In this document: positions 35,553 through 42,912 of the stretch, piece by piece
How the letters are laid out: each line of letters opens with the position of its first letter
Numbering within the stretch: the stretch's first letter is position 1
Source of the DNA: Candidatus Liptonbacteria bacterium
GTDB lineage: Bacteria; Patescibacteriota; Minisyncoccia; UBA6257; 2-01-FULL-56-20
Reading direction: 5' to 3'
DNA length: 64,000 bases
NCBI GenBank assembly: GCA_016204385.1
Contig: JACQKW010000013.1
Coordinates: forward strand, 12,507 to 76,506
Program-made: the position numbers and the translations under genes
The notes under the pieces: model-generated
What the model saw: only the letters and a program-made list of their open reading frames with translations
What the model was told of the DNA's origin: nothing
The model's database searches: none

Positions 35553-35652
35553 TGTGATGCCAATATGCGAATCTAATGCCAATCTACAAATTGCGAATAT
35601 GGTGTTTTATTCGCAATTCGCAATATTTGCATGAAATTTGTAGATTTGCATC
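35553..35652. repeat. intergenic repeat element A, copy 1 (between hpf and secA)
   Basis: Contains the dyad gccaatctacaaatt (35578-35592) / aatttgtagatttgc (35635-49) and attgcgaat/attcgcaat words. Shares gatgcaaatctacaaatt..atgc.aata..attgcgaata..tagattggcatta with 62368..62487 in the opposite orientation. Confidence 0.75.
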
Positions 35653-35989
35653 ATCTTACACAGCGCGATCGTCGTGTATAGCGGGTTCTGTATTTTTCTA
35701 TTTCTGCTCGAAGTTTGCTTCTGAGGATATCTATCGCGATCCTCAAATCCATTGCCTCGTGGAATGCGCGGAGTATTTTCCCGGGAAGCCGGAGGTCTGC
35801 TTCCGCTCGGAACACGTTTCCTTTGTGGTGATGGCGGGTGGTCCGCGAGACCTCGAGATACACCTCGGCGACCCCCGCAAGGTCAAAACGCCTCACGAAC
35901 TTTGAGAGCCCCCCGATTTTTTCTTCGATATACGCGCGAAGGCTTGGCGTAAGGCCCACGCTGCTCGCTTCGGTGATATGGATACGCAT
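35651..35989 (-). CDS. hpf: ribosome hibernation promoting factor (RaiA/HPF family)
   Basis: MRIHITEASSVGLTPSLRAYIEEKIGGLSKF...FRAEADLRLPGKILRA is typical S30AE/HPF. Confidence 0.85.
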   Translation of the reverse strand: MRIHITEASSVGLTPSLRAYIEEKIGGLSKFVRRFDLAGVAEVYLEVSRTTRHHHKGNVFRAEADLRLPGKILRAFHEAMDLRIAIDILRSKLRAEIEKYRTRYTRRSRCVR

Positions 35990-36078
35990 ATGATTGGGCG
36001 CGAAACTTAAGTATAGAGAAAAGGCACTGATATGTGAAGCTCCGCGGCGTTCTGCGGAGGCGGATAACTATCGTACAA

Positions 36079-36110
36079 TAAAAAACCCGTCCCGCCGTGA
36101 GGCGGGACGG
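36079..36110 (-). terminator. intrinsic terminator (minus strand)
   Basis: ccgtcccgcc-gtga-ggcgggacgg, a 10-bp stem with T6 on the minus strand. It lies 220 nt downstream of the murB stop. Confidence 0.65.
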
Positions 36111-36331
36111 TGCGAGATCAATACAGGATTGCTACCTGCGCGATCGCCGAGACTTTTTCCTCGACACCTTCTTTTTTCGGGACGCTTTTCTTTTCTTTGT
36201 CCCCTTTCTTTTCTTCATCTCGGTGGGATTATTTTGTTATTGGGTTGCCGACCACCACCCCAATCAATCATTGCACGTTATATTGTAAGTATACCACGAA
36301 AAAAATGTTCTGAAAAAAAATTGTGGATAAC

Positions 36332-37261
36332 TTAATCCACGAACTCAACTTCGTGTTCGAGGTCAACGAAAAATTCTTCCTTTACGCGCGTTTGTATGAG
36401 AGAAATAAGCGCGCGAACGTCAGATGCCCTTGCGTCAAACACGTTCACGATGAAATTTGGATGCTTTGGCGAGATCATTGCTCCGCCCAGGGACACCCCT
36501 TTTAGTCCCGCTTCCGCAATGAGATGCGCGGTGGGTATCACGGGAACAGGATCGCTTTTCATCACGCTTAGGACACGATGCAGTTCCGATGCGGGGAACG
36601 ACGAAACCAGTACGTTCTTAAAAATGCTCCCGATGTTCGGATACTCCATCGGATGCCGTACACGGCGGTAGTCGATCTTTTCATTGATCGCCGCTTGTAT
36701 CCGCTCCGGTTCGCCGTGTGAAAGCTTGATCGTCGCGGCAAGAATGATTTCTTTTCCCGGCCTCTCCTTAAAGATGCTCGACCGATACGAGAAACGGCAT
36801 TCTGTATTCATCCTCGACACAACCTGAACTGCATCGGTATCGAAACTTTCAACAGATACCACCACATCCTTGATTTCTCCTCCAAACGCGCCGGCGTTCC
36901 CGCGGATCGCGCCGCCCACGGTTCCGGGGAGTCCGCCCGCCCATTCAACGCCGGTAAGCCCGTGCGCAATCGTATGGTTCAAAAGGTCGTCCATATTCAC
37001 CCCCGCTCCCACGCGAAGCGTTGTTCCGTTCCCCTCGAGCGTGCACAACGCGGGTTTGAGCACAAGGCCGTCAAATCCACGGTCGTTAATCAGCAGATTC
37101 GTGCCGCCTCCTAAAATGAGCAGTTTGTCCTCGCACGCTCCGATTGCGCTACGAAGTTCTTCTTCATTCGTTGGCGCACAAAAATAGCGGGCTCTCCCGC
37201 CGATCTTATAGCTCGAAAATTGGCTTAGAGGAACATTCTCTTGAAACCGCATAAATATCAA
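36332..37261 (-). CDS. murB: UDP-N-acetylenolpyruvoylglucosamine reductase
   Basis: FAD-binding ILGGGTNLLINDRGFDG, GLPGTVGGAIRGNAGAFGGE, and a C-terminal MurB domain. Confidence 0.9.
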   Translation of the reverse strand: MIFMRFQENVPLSQFSSYKIGGRARYFCAPTNEEELRSAIGACEDKLLILGGGTNLLINDRGFDGLVLKPALCTLEGNGTTLRVGAGVNMDDLLNHTIAHGLTGVEWAGGLPGTVGGAIRGNAGAFGGEIKDVVVSVESFDTDAVQVVSRMNTECRFSYRSSIFKERPGKEIILAATIKLSHGEPERIQAAINEKIDYRRVRHPMEYPNIGSIFKNVLVSSFPASELHRVLSVMKSDPVPVIPTAHLIAEAGLKGVSLGGAMISPKHPNFIVNVFDARASDVRALISLIQTRVKEEFFVDLEHEVEFVD

Positions 37262-37649
37262 TTACGCTGCCGCCCCACCCAGCGTCATTTTTTCAAAAAA
37301 TGGTGTTGGGTGGAGCGGCCGTGGTGACCTCCTAAAACTGTTTGTTTTGAATGAGTGCTCTCCGACCGCTCCGCTATCAGTATAGGACGTGCGGAGAGGT
37401 AGGCAAGCAGCTGTGAAAAAAACCCCGCCCTCTCTGCACACGATCGGGGAAGGCAACAGGCGTGTACGGCTGTCCATCGCCAGACTTCCTTACAATCACG
37501 CGCGTAGAGGGCGGGGCCAAACAGAAGGAGGTAAACAGTCTTTAAATGAATACTCAAAGACTATTTGCGCTCATTCGAAGCAAGTATACCACGGCATAGG
37601 TACTCCGGTCAACCCCCCGCCCATGCATAGGCGGGGGGTTGCGTGCCCG

Positions 37650-38267
37650 CTAAAATGGAGCCCGCCTATGCTCCGTATATACAAGATATTTGTATCCGGC
37701 AAAATCGAAGATCATGCCTGCAAAAATGCCTATGACCGCGCCGATATTCGCCCATGCGTTCGGCACTATATGCTCCGGCCGCACGAGTGTGTTCACTATG
37801 TACGAGGCGGTGAAAATATTTATGAACCCGCCAATCCCTGCGACTGCATAGAAAAGGATCGTCTCACGGAGCGAAAGCCTTCGTCCGTGGCGAAACGTCC
37901 AATTCCTGTTCCACAAGAAACTGTTGGTCGTCGCCGCAACGAATGAGACGGTTTTGAATATCGTAAACGTGGCGCCGAATGCCGCGCCGGTCGAGAGGAT
38001 AAGGATGTTTAACACTCCCGCATCCACGAAAAAATTGAGCGTACCGACCGCAGAAAACTTCGCAAATTGGTATACGGGACGCCAAACCCCTCCCAGAAAA
38101 AGCGCGAGGGTAAGCGCAACGGGCGCGAGTGCGGTAAACCCTGCGGCAACGAGAAACCGGAGCGGCGCGGTAGGCTCTGCGATAAGATTGCTCACCATCG
38201 GCTGTGCGAGGATCCCAACCGTAAATCCGATTATGGTTACGAGTAAAAAATCTTTCTCGGTAGCCAT
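37650..38267 (-). CDS. GtrA-family membrane protein
   Basis: FAKFSAVGTLNFFVDAGVLNIL and 4-5 TM helices. Confidence 0.65.
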   Translation of the reverse strand: MATEKDFLLVTIIGFTVGILAQPMVSNLIAEPTAPLRFLVAAGFTALAPVALTLALFLGGVWRPVYQFAKFSAVGTLNFFVDAGVLNILILSTGAAFGATFTIFKTVSFVAATTNSFLWNRNWTFRHGRRLSLRETILFYAVAGIGGFINIFTASYIVNTLVRPEHIVPNAWANIGAVIGIFAGMIFDFAGYKYLVYTEHRRAPF

Positions 38268-38286
38268 GCGGAACCGGATCGCGAAA

Positions 38287-39045
38287 TTATCGGAGCGCGT
38301 ACGTCACGCTCACCGTCACGCGAAGCTCTTCGGTTCCCGGCTCGATCACCGGCGCCTTGGGCGCAGTAAAATCGCCGCCAAATCCGCCCCGCTCGGCGTA
38401 GAACGGGATCGGATATCCGCCCGACGATTCGCTTACATTCAACACGCGCCCTAACCCCACGCCGTTTTCTTTCGCCATCTGCGCCGCTTTCGCGCGCGCT
38501 TTTTGAAACGCTTCGGCGCGCGCTTCGGCAACGTATTTCTCCTGATCGTCCACGGTAAAGTTCACTCCGCTTATTTGATTGATACCGAGCGGCGTGAGGC
38601 CTCCCAGAATCGTGGATATTTTTCCGAAGTCGCGGATTTTTACGGTCACCGTTTGGGTAAGCGTATACCCCGTGATAATGCTTCGTTCCGTATCGGGTTC
38701 GTAGCGGTAATCCGGCGCCAAATTATATCCCGTGGTGCGGATGTCTTTGGCGTCTATTCCTTCTTTCTTCACGAATTCGATCGCAGAATTAATCTTCCTG
38801 TTGTTCTCGTCCGCGAGCGTGTTCGGGTTCTGCCCGCGCGAGACCACCGAGAACGAAAGCTGTGCGATGTCGGGGACCACGTATGTTTTTCCTTCTGCGG
38901 AAACCGAAATGACCCTTGCGGGATGGAACGAATCGCCGAATTTTTGGATCGTGGGCATCACGAAAAAAAGCACATTTGCGATGAGTGCTGCAATGAAAAT
39001 ATTGAGGAAAAACCAAAAATATTGTTTTGTTCTGTCGCTATTCAT
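38287..39045 (-). CDS. SIMPL (DUF541) domain protein
   Basis: N-terminal TM, then ...GYTLTQTVTVKIRDFGKISTILG...AEARAEAFQKARAKAAQMA, typical of the 26-kDa periplasmic immunogenic protein family. Confidence 0.75.
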   Translation of the reverse strand: MNSDRTKQYFWFFLNIFIAALIANVLFFVMPTIQKFGDSFHPARVISVSAEGKTYVVPDIAQLSFSVVSRGQNPNTLADENNRKINSAIEFVKKEGIDAKDIRTTGYNLAPDYRYEPDTERSIITGYTLTQTVTVKIRDFGKISTILGGLTPLGINQISGVNFTVDDQEKYVAEARAEAFQKARAKAAQMAKENGVGLGRVLNVSESSGGYPIPFYAERGGFGGDFTAPKAPVIEPGTEELRVTVSVTYALR

Positions 39046-39785
39046 ACTGCGTATGCGCTCGCCGCGGCGATGATTTTCCTGAATTCCGCGGCGTTCAAGC
39101 TCGCGCCGCCAACCAATGCTCCCGCTATTTCATTATACTCGAATATACGCCGAATGTTCTTGGATGTTACCGAGCCGCCGTACAAAACTTGCAAATCGCG
39201 AAGCGCAAATCGCGAAGCGCACATTTTCTTGATGAAATGAGCCATTGCCGCCGAGTCTCTGGGATTATCGGCTCGGCCGGTGCCGATTGCCCAGAGCGGT
39301 TCGTAGGTAATAACGAGATGTGAGATGTGAGATGTGAGATGTGAAACACCTCCTAAATCTTTCCGGAGCTGGGTTCCCGCGAAACGTTTGGCGGCGGCAA
39401 GGCCTTTTCGGCGCACGGAGATCGGTTCGCCGACGCAGAGGACTACACTAAGCCCCGCCTTGAGGGCCGCGACGACTTTCTTCCCGATCATCTCGTCCGT
39501 CTCATGGAGCCACCTGCGCCGTTCCGAATGGCCGACTATCACATATTCCACGCCCGCTTTTTTGAGCATTTGGGGCGAAACCTCGCCCGTGTATGCGCCT
39601 TGTTCCGTCCAAAACATATCCTGCGCGCCAAGTTTTGCGCGCCTCAAAATCTTTCCCACGGCCTTCAAAAACGGAAACGGCGGACAGATGACAACGCCCT
39701 TCGCGTCGCTCGCACGCGCAAGCCGCACCGCCTCCGTTTCACGAATCGGGTTCAATTTCCAGTTTGCAACAAGCAATTTGGCCAT
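39042..39785 (-). CDS. tpiA: triosephosphate isomerase
   Basis: VANWKLN, VICPPFPFL, GHSERR, YEPLWAIGTG, LYGGSV. Confidence 0.9.
   Translation of the reverse strand: MAKLLVANWKLNPIRETEAVRLARASDAKGVVICPPFPFLKAVGKILRRAKLGAQDMFWTEQGAYTGEVSPQMLKKAGVEYVIVGHSERRRWLHETDEMIGKKVVAALKAGLSVVLCVGEPISVRRKGLAAAKRFAGTQLRKDLGGVSHLTSHISHLVITYEPLWAIGTGRADNPRDSAAMAHFIKKMCASRFALRDLQVLYGGSVTSKNIRRIFEYNEIAGALVGGASLNAAEFRKIIAAASAYAV
39315..39342. repeat. 4 x 7-bp perfect tandem repeat (gagatgt) inside tpiA
   Basis: gagatgtgagatgtgagatgtgagatgt. Encodes SHLTSHISHL just before the YEPLWAIGTG active-site loop. Confidence 0.9.
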
Positions 39786-39880
39786 TTATGGAAATTGTAC
39801 CACATGGTTCGACTCCGCACGCTTGCGTTCTGTTCCCATAACCGTTATTCTCTGTTTTAGCTCCAGGGAGGGATAGCGAG

Positions 39881-40090
39881 ATGAAAATATCACGGATCCG
39901 GCCGATGCGGAATTATTTCAATGTCCGCGACGGAAAGGCCGCAGCGCGGAAAGTCCTTGCCGTGTACCCTAACGGAGACGGCAAGCGGTACGTGCATTGG
40001 CAGGAATGCTTCGGTCAATTTCACACATTCGAGTCCCTGCTTTCGGAATTCGCCAAGTGGGCACAACGAGAGGTCCGCAAAACCGACTAA
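39881..40090 (+). CDS. small protein, unknown function
   Basis: SD GGGAGGGA upstream. Followed directly by an intrinsic terminator. Confidence 0.5.
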   Translation: MKISRIRPMRNYFNVRDGKAAARKVLAVYPNGDGKRYVHWQECFGQFHTFESLLSEFAKWAQREVRKTD

Positions 40091-40120
40091 GCCCGCGCGT
40101 TCGGCGCGCGGGCATTTTTC
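40091..40120 (+). terminator. intrinsic terminator
   Basis: gcccgcgcg-ttcg-gcgcgcgggc plus T5. Confidence 0.75.
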
Positions 40121-40191
40121 TATAAAAAAGGCGCGATTACGATCGCGCCTCACGTGAACCCCCACACCAAGATTGATGGTGGGGTGGTGAA

Positions 40192-40455
40192 TCACTCCCG
40201 GACACACCTCGGCCCTCGAATGCTTCTTTTGATGCTTCTCGCGCCGTAGACGAAAAGGCGCCACACCGCGACGACGCCCACGGCAATAATCGTGCCGCCC
40301 GCGAGCTTTGCCGCGATTCCCTCGAGCTGGTAGAGCGTGTATCCGAAAAACACTACGCCCCCCAGCACGAACTTGCACCCGAAAAAGAGAGCAACTTTCG
40401 AGAGAACCCCTCCCATGTTTTCCCTCCCTCGTAAGAGATGAGTTGCTTCCGCCAT
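40192..40455 (-). CDS. small membrane protein (short version of ORF 40192..40677)
   Basis: MAEATHLLRGRENMGGVLSKVALFFGCKFVLGGVVFFGYTLYQLEGIAAKLAGGTIIAVGVVAVW has 2-3 TM helices. The upstream part of the ORF is GC hairpin DNA. Confidence 0.4.
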   Translation of the reverse strand: MAEATHLLRGRENMGGVLSKVALFFGCKFVLGGVVFFGYTLYQLEGIAAKLAGGTIIAVGVVAVWRLFVYGARSIKRSIRGPRCVRE

Positions 40456-40792
40456 GATACCGCCTTTTAAAAAGCTTAGCAATATTGCCTCTCTCGCACT
40501 GCCCCGAACACCTTGGGGGTTATAGGATTGACCAAAACGCATGCCGGTATAAAATGGAATCCCCACGGGCTTACGCCCGTGGTTCCATCCGTCGCGAGCT
40601 TCGCTCGTCTCGCTCTCATCCCCGCCTTCACAGGCGGGGTCTTCTCGCTTAGGATAAAACCCAGAACACCGCCGCACGCGCCTTTCTCGATAGCCAAGCT
40701 GCGGCGGCGCACGACGCCCAGGACTCCCTTCGTCCTGGGCGATTTATTTCAGTCTGTGCTCCCATCAAGATTTGTCCGCCGCTTTCCAATCA

Positions 40793-40826
40793 TAAAGTCA
40801 TCTTAACGATCGTTAAGATGACTTTA
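40793..40826. repeat. perfect 34-bp palindrome with ACGATCGT core
   Basis: taaagtcatcttaacga|tcgttaagatgacttta. Confidence 0.9.
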
Positions 40827-40895
40827 GTATAAGTTCCGCCGCGGGAAAACTGCTGGGGCAAGCAAAACTGACGCAAGAATCAGTCCGTTTTCTTG

Positions 40896-41145
40896 CAGCG
40901 CATACGGGAATCGAACCCGTGTTCCAACGTTGATCCCGTATAAAAATTTGTGTTGTGTGTACCGCTAACCGGATTCGAACCGGTGTTCCAGCGTTGAGAA
41001 CGCTGTGTCCTAGGCCAGACTAGACGATAGCGGCATAAATCAAGAACACTCTAACACAAATTTTATACGGGACAAGGAACGTGGCGCCTGCCCCGCACCG
41101 AGCTTCGCTCTGGTGCGTGGGTCCTAGCCACTAGACGAATGCGCC
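40896..41145 (-). other. composite locus: tRNA-like 5' part and 3' part separated by an inverted-repeat-bounded insert containing tRNA-Glu
   Basis: The 5' part GGCGCAT-TC-GTCT-AGTGGCTA-GGAC (41145-41121) and the 3' part GAAC-ACGGG-TTCGATT-CCCGT-ATGCGCT-G (40924-40896) have acceptor strands that pair 7/7 with one G.U. The inverted-repeat arms are at 41053-41084 and 40924-40954. Confidence 0.6.
40960..41034 (-). tRNA. tRNA-Glu (anticodon CUC)
   Basis: GCCGCTA-TC-GTCT-AGTCTGGCCTA-GGAC-A-CAGCG-TTCTCAA-CGCTG-GAAC-ACCGG-TTCGAAT-CCGGT-TAGCGGT-A. Full cloverleaf, no encoded CCA. Confidence 0.9.
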
Positions 41146-41236
41146 ATAGCAAAAATACTATAACGTAGTTTTACTACGGGTCAAAGAATTGTGCTGATGC
41201 CAGGCAACCGTACAGAGAGAAATGCCAACCCCGCGC

Positions 41237-41593
41237 TTATGCCCAGCCCAAAGGCTTGTAGCCGCTTGTACGCGGGGCGGAGACAATGAGTATTTCAAGA
41301 GGTTTTTTGCCTGTGTTTATCACCGTGCGCTTCGGTCGAACGTTTACACGGACGAATGTTCCTTCGGAGACAGGATGCTTCTCGCCATCAATCACCGCCA
41401 CGCCCCTGCCGCGCAGGACGACGAAAACCTCCTCTTGATCCCGATCGATCTCGTCATGTTCCGGAATCCGATCGCCAGGCTTGATCGTTACCATGTTCAT
41501 CCCGAATGACTTCAGGTTAAGAGACCTTCGCACAAGCGACCATCTGCCGTTCTTTTTGAATTTTCCCTTCCGTACGATGTGAAACTTCGCCAT
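41237..41593 (-). CDS. cupin-domain protein
   Basis: MNMVTIKPGDRIPEHDEIDRDQEEVFVVLRGRGVAVIDGEKHPVSEGTFVRV (cupin motifs 1 and 2). Start at MAKFHIV preferred. Confidence 0.7.
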   Translation of the reverse strand: MAKFHIVRKGKFKKNGRWSLVRRSLNLKSFGMNMVTIKPGDRIPEHDEIDRDQEEVFVVLRGRGVAVIDGEKHPVSEGTFVRVNVRPKRTVINTGKKPLEILIVSAPRTSGYKPLGWA

Positions 41594-41628
41594 AGATTCC
41601 TCTCTCTTTTTCTTTTCCACTCGTTAGC

Positions 41629-42912
41629 TTACCGCATTTTTATCTCCTCGACAACTTTTTCAAGCTCCATCGCGCGGGAACCTTTGATAAGAATCAGGTC
41701 CCCTTCCTTTATCGTATCTTGCGTCGGGATCCTCGCGTCGTCCGCGATATCGAAACTCAATACTTTCTTTTTTGAAAATCCGTGCGTTACCGCCGCGTCC
41801 GCGATGAACTTTGCCCGCGGCCCCACGGTAATCAGCATATCAACCACGTTCGCGGCAAGCCGCCCCACGCGTTCGTGCGCTTCCATGGCATATTTCCCTA
41901 TCTCGAGCATATCGCCTAAGACGGCAATTTTCCGCTTTCCCGGCAAATCCCGAAGAGTGTCTAACGCCGCGTGCATAGAAAGCGGGCTTGCGTTGTAGGA
42001 ATCGTCGAGGATCATCGTACCTTTTACGCCCGGGAGAATATTCATCCTTCCTGAAGGCGGACGGTAACCCCTAAGCGCCGAGGCCGCCTTTGAAAGCGGT
42101 ATCCCGAAGATGAGGCCGACTGCCGCGGCTGCGGCGGCCGAATATGCCTGGGGTTTTCCGAACGCCCCGTCGATCGCCACCTCCTCGCGCTCGCGCCCGT
42201 GCCGAAGCGTAAATGATATGCCGCGCGGCTTCGCTCCGTCGTTGCGGTATCCGAAACGCGCGATCTGCACCTCCGCGCCCTTGCCAAACCCGAACGCGGC
42301 AAGATGCGCGCGGGTTCGGTTCGCAAGATCCATGACCGTCGGATCGTCTGCGTTTAAGATCGCAAACCCCGCAGCAGGCAGATGTTCAATAAGCCTCGAT
42401 TTTTCTCTCACCAGTTCCTCGTGATCATGAAAAAATTCTATATGCACGGGGACTTCGCCGATCGCGGTTACGATTCCTATATTCGGCTCTGCGATTTCAA
42501 GTAACGCCTTCATGTCGCCCGGCCGATCAACTCCATATTCAAGAATTAGTATCTCGGGGTACGACTGGGATTTTGGAAACAAAAGCCGGAGCGCGGAGAG
42601 CACAAGGACCTTTTTCCAGAATATCGCCTTCCTGACCATGCGCTTTTTCTTTTCCTCGCGAGTCACCAGTTTCCAATCCCGTTCCCTCCACTCGCCCAAC
42701 ACGGTAAGCGCAATGCCCAATTCACTGTTTAAGTTTCCGCGTGAAATTCGCACCCTGCGTTCACCCGAGAGCACGGCGTGAACCGCATATTTCGCGGAAG
42801 TTTTCCCCACGCTCCCCGTAATCCCGATGATCCCCGGGCGATAACGCGCGATCACGCGGCGCGCAAGCGATTTGAGCGCCGCGGTAAGCATCCGCGCAAA
42901 GAATCTGTTCAT
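41629..42912 (-). CDS. murF: UDP-N-acetylmuramoyl-tripeptide--D-alanyl-D-alanine ligase
   Basis: GITGSVGKTS P-loop, Mur ligase middle and C-terminal domains (DDSYNASP, VLGDMLELG-like VLGDMLEIG). Confidence 0.9.
   Translation of the reverse strand: MNRFFARMLTAALKSLARRVIARYRPGIIGITGSVGKTSAKYAVHAVLSGERRVRISRGNLNSELGIALTVLGEWRERDWKLVTREEKKKRMVRKAIFWKKVLVLSALRLLFPKSQSYPEILILEYGVDRPGDMKALLEIAEPNIGIVTAIGEVPVHIEFFHDHEELVREKSRLIEHLPAAGFAILNADDPTVMDLANRTRAHLAAFGFGKGAEVQIARFGYRNDGAKPRGISFTLRHGREREEVAIDGAFGKPQAYSAAAAAAVGLIFGIPLSKAASALRGYRPPSGRMNILPGVKGTMILDDSYNASPLSMHAALDTLRDLPGKRKIAVLGDMLEIGKYAMEAHERVGRLAANVVDMLITVGPRAKFIADAAVTHGFSKKKVLSFDIADDARIPTQDTIKEGDLILIKGSRAMELEKVVEEIKMR

Noticed and set aside
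36322-36330. Perfect DnaA boxes (TGTGGATAA at 36322-36330 and 53188-53196; near-match at 46424-46432) suggesting oriC
   Set aside because: These are isolated single boxes tens of kb apart. There is no cluster, no adjacent AT-rich unwinding element with 13-mers, and no dnaA/dnaN nearby.
37285-37557. 90-aa ORF in the murB-gtrA spacer
   Set aside because: It has no SD, an odd composition, and overlaps dense RNA-like helices. The region is treated as non-coding.
40456-40677. N-terminal 74 aa of ORF 40192..40677
   Set aside because: This part is encoded entirely by GC-rich hairpin DNA with no protein-like composition. A start at 40455 gives a plausible small membrane protein.
40456-40860. RNase P RNA next to the tRNA genes (also considered for 37262-37649)
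   Set aside because: The near-universal GGAAAGUCC (CR-I) and ACAGAA..GGCUUA (CR-IV/V) motifs are absent on both strands. Only a weak GGAAAGCGG was seen.
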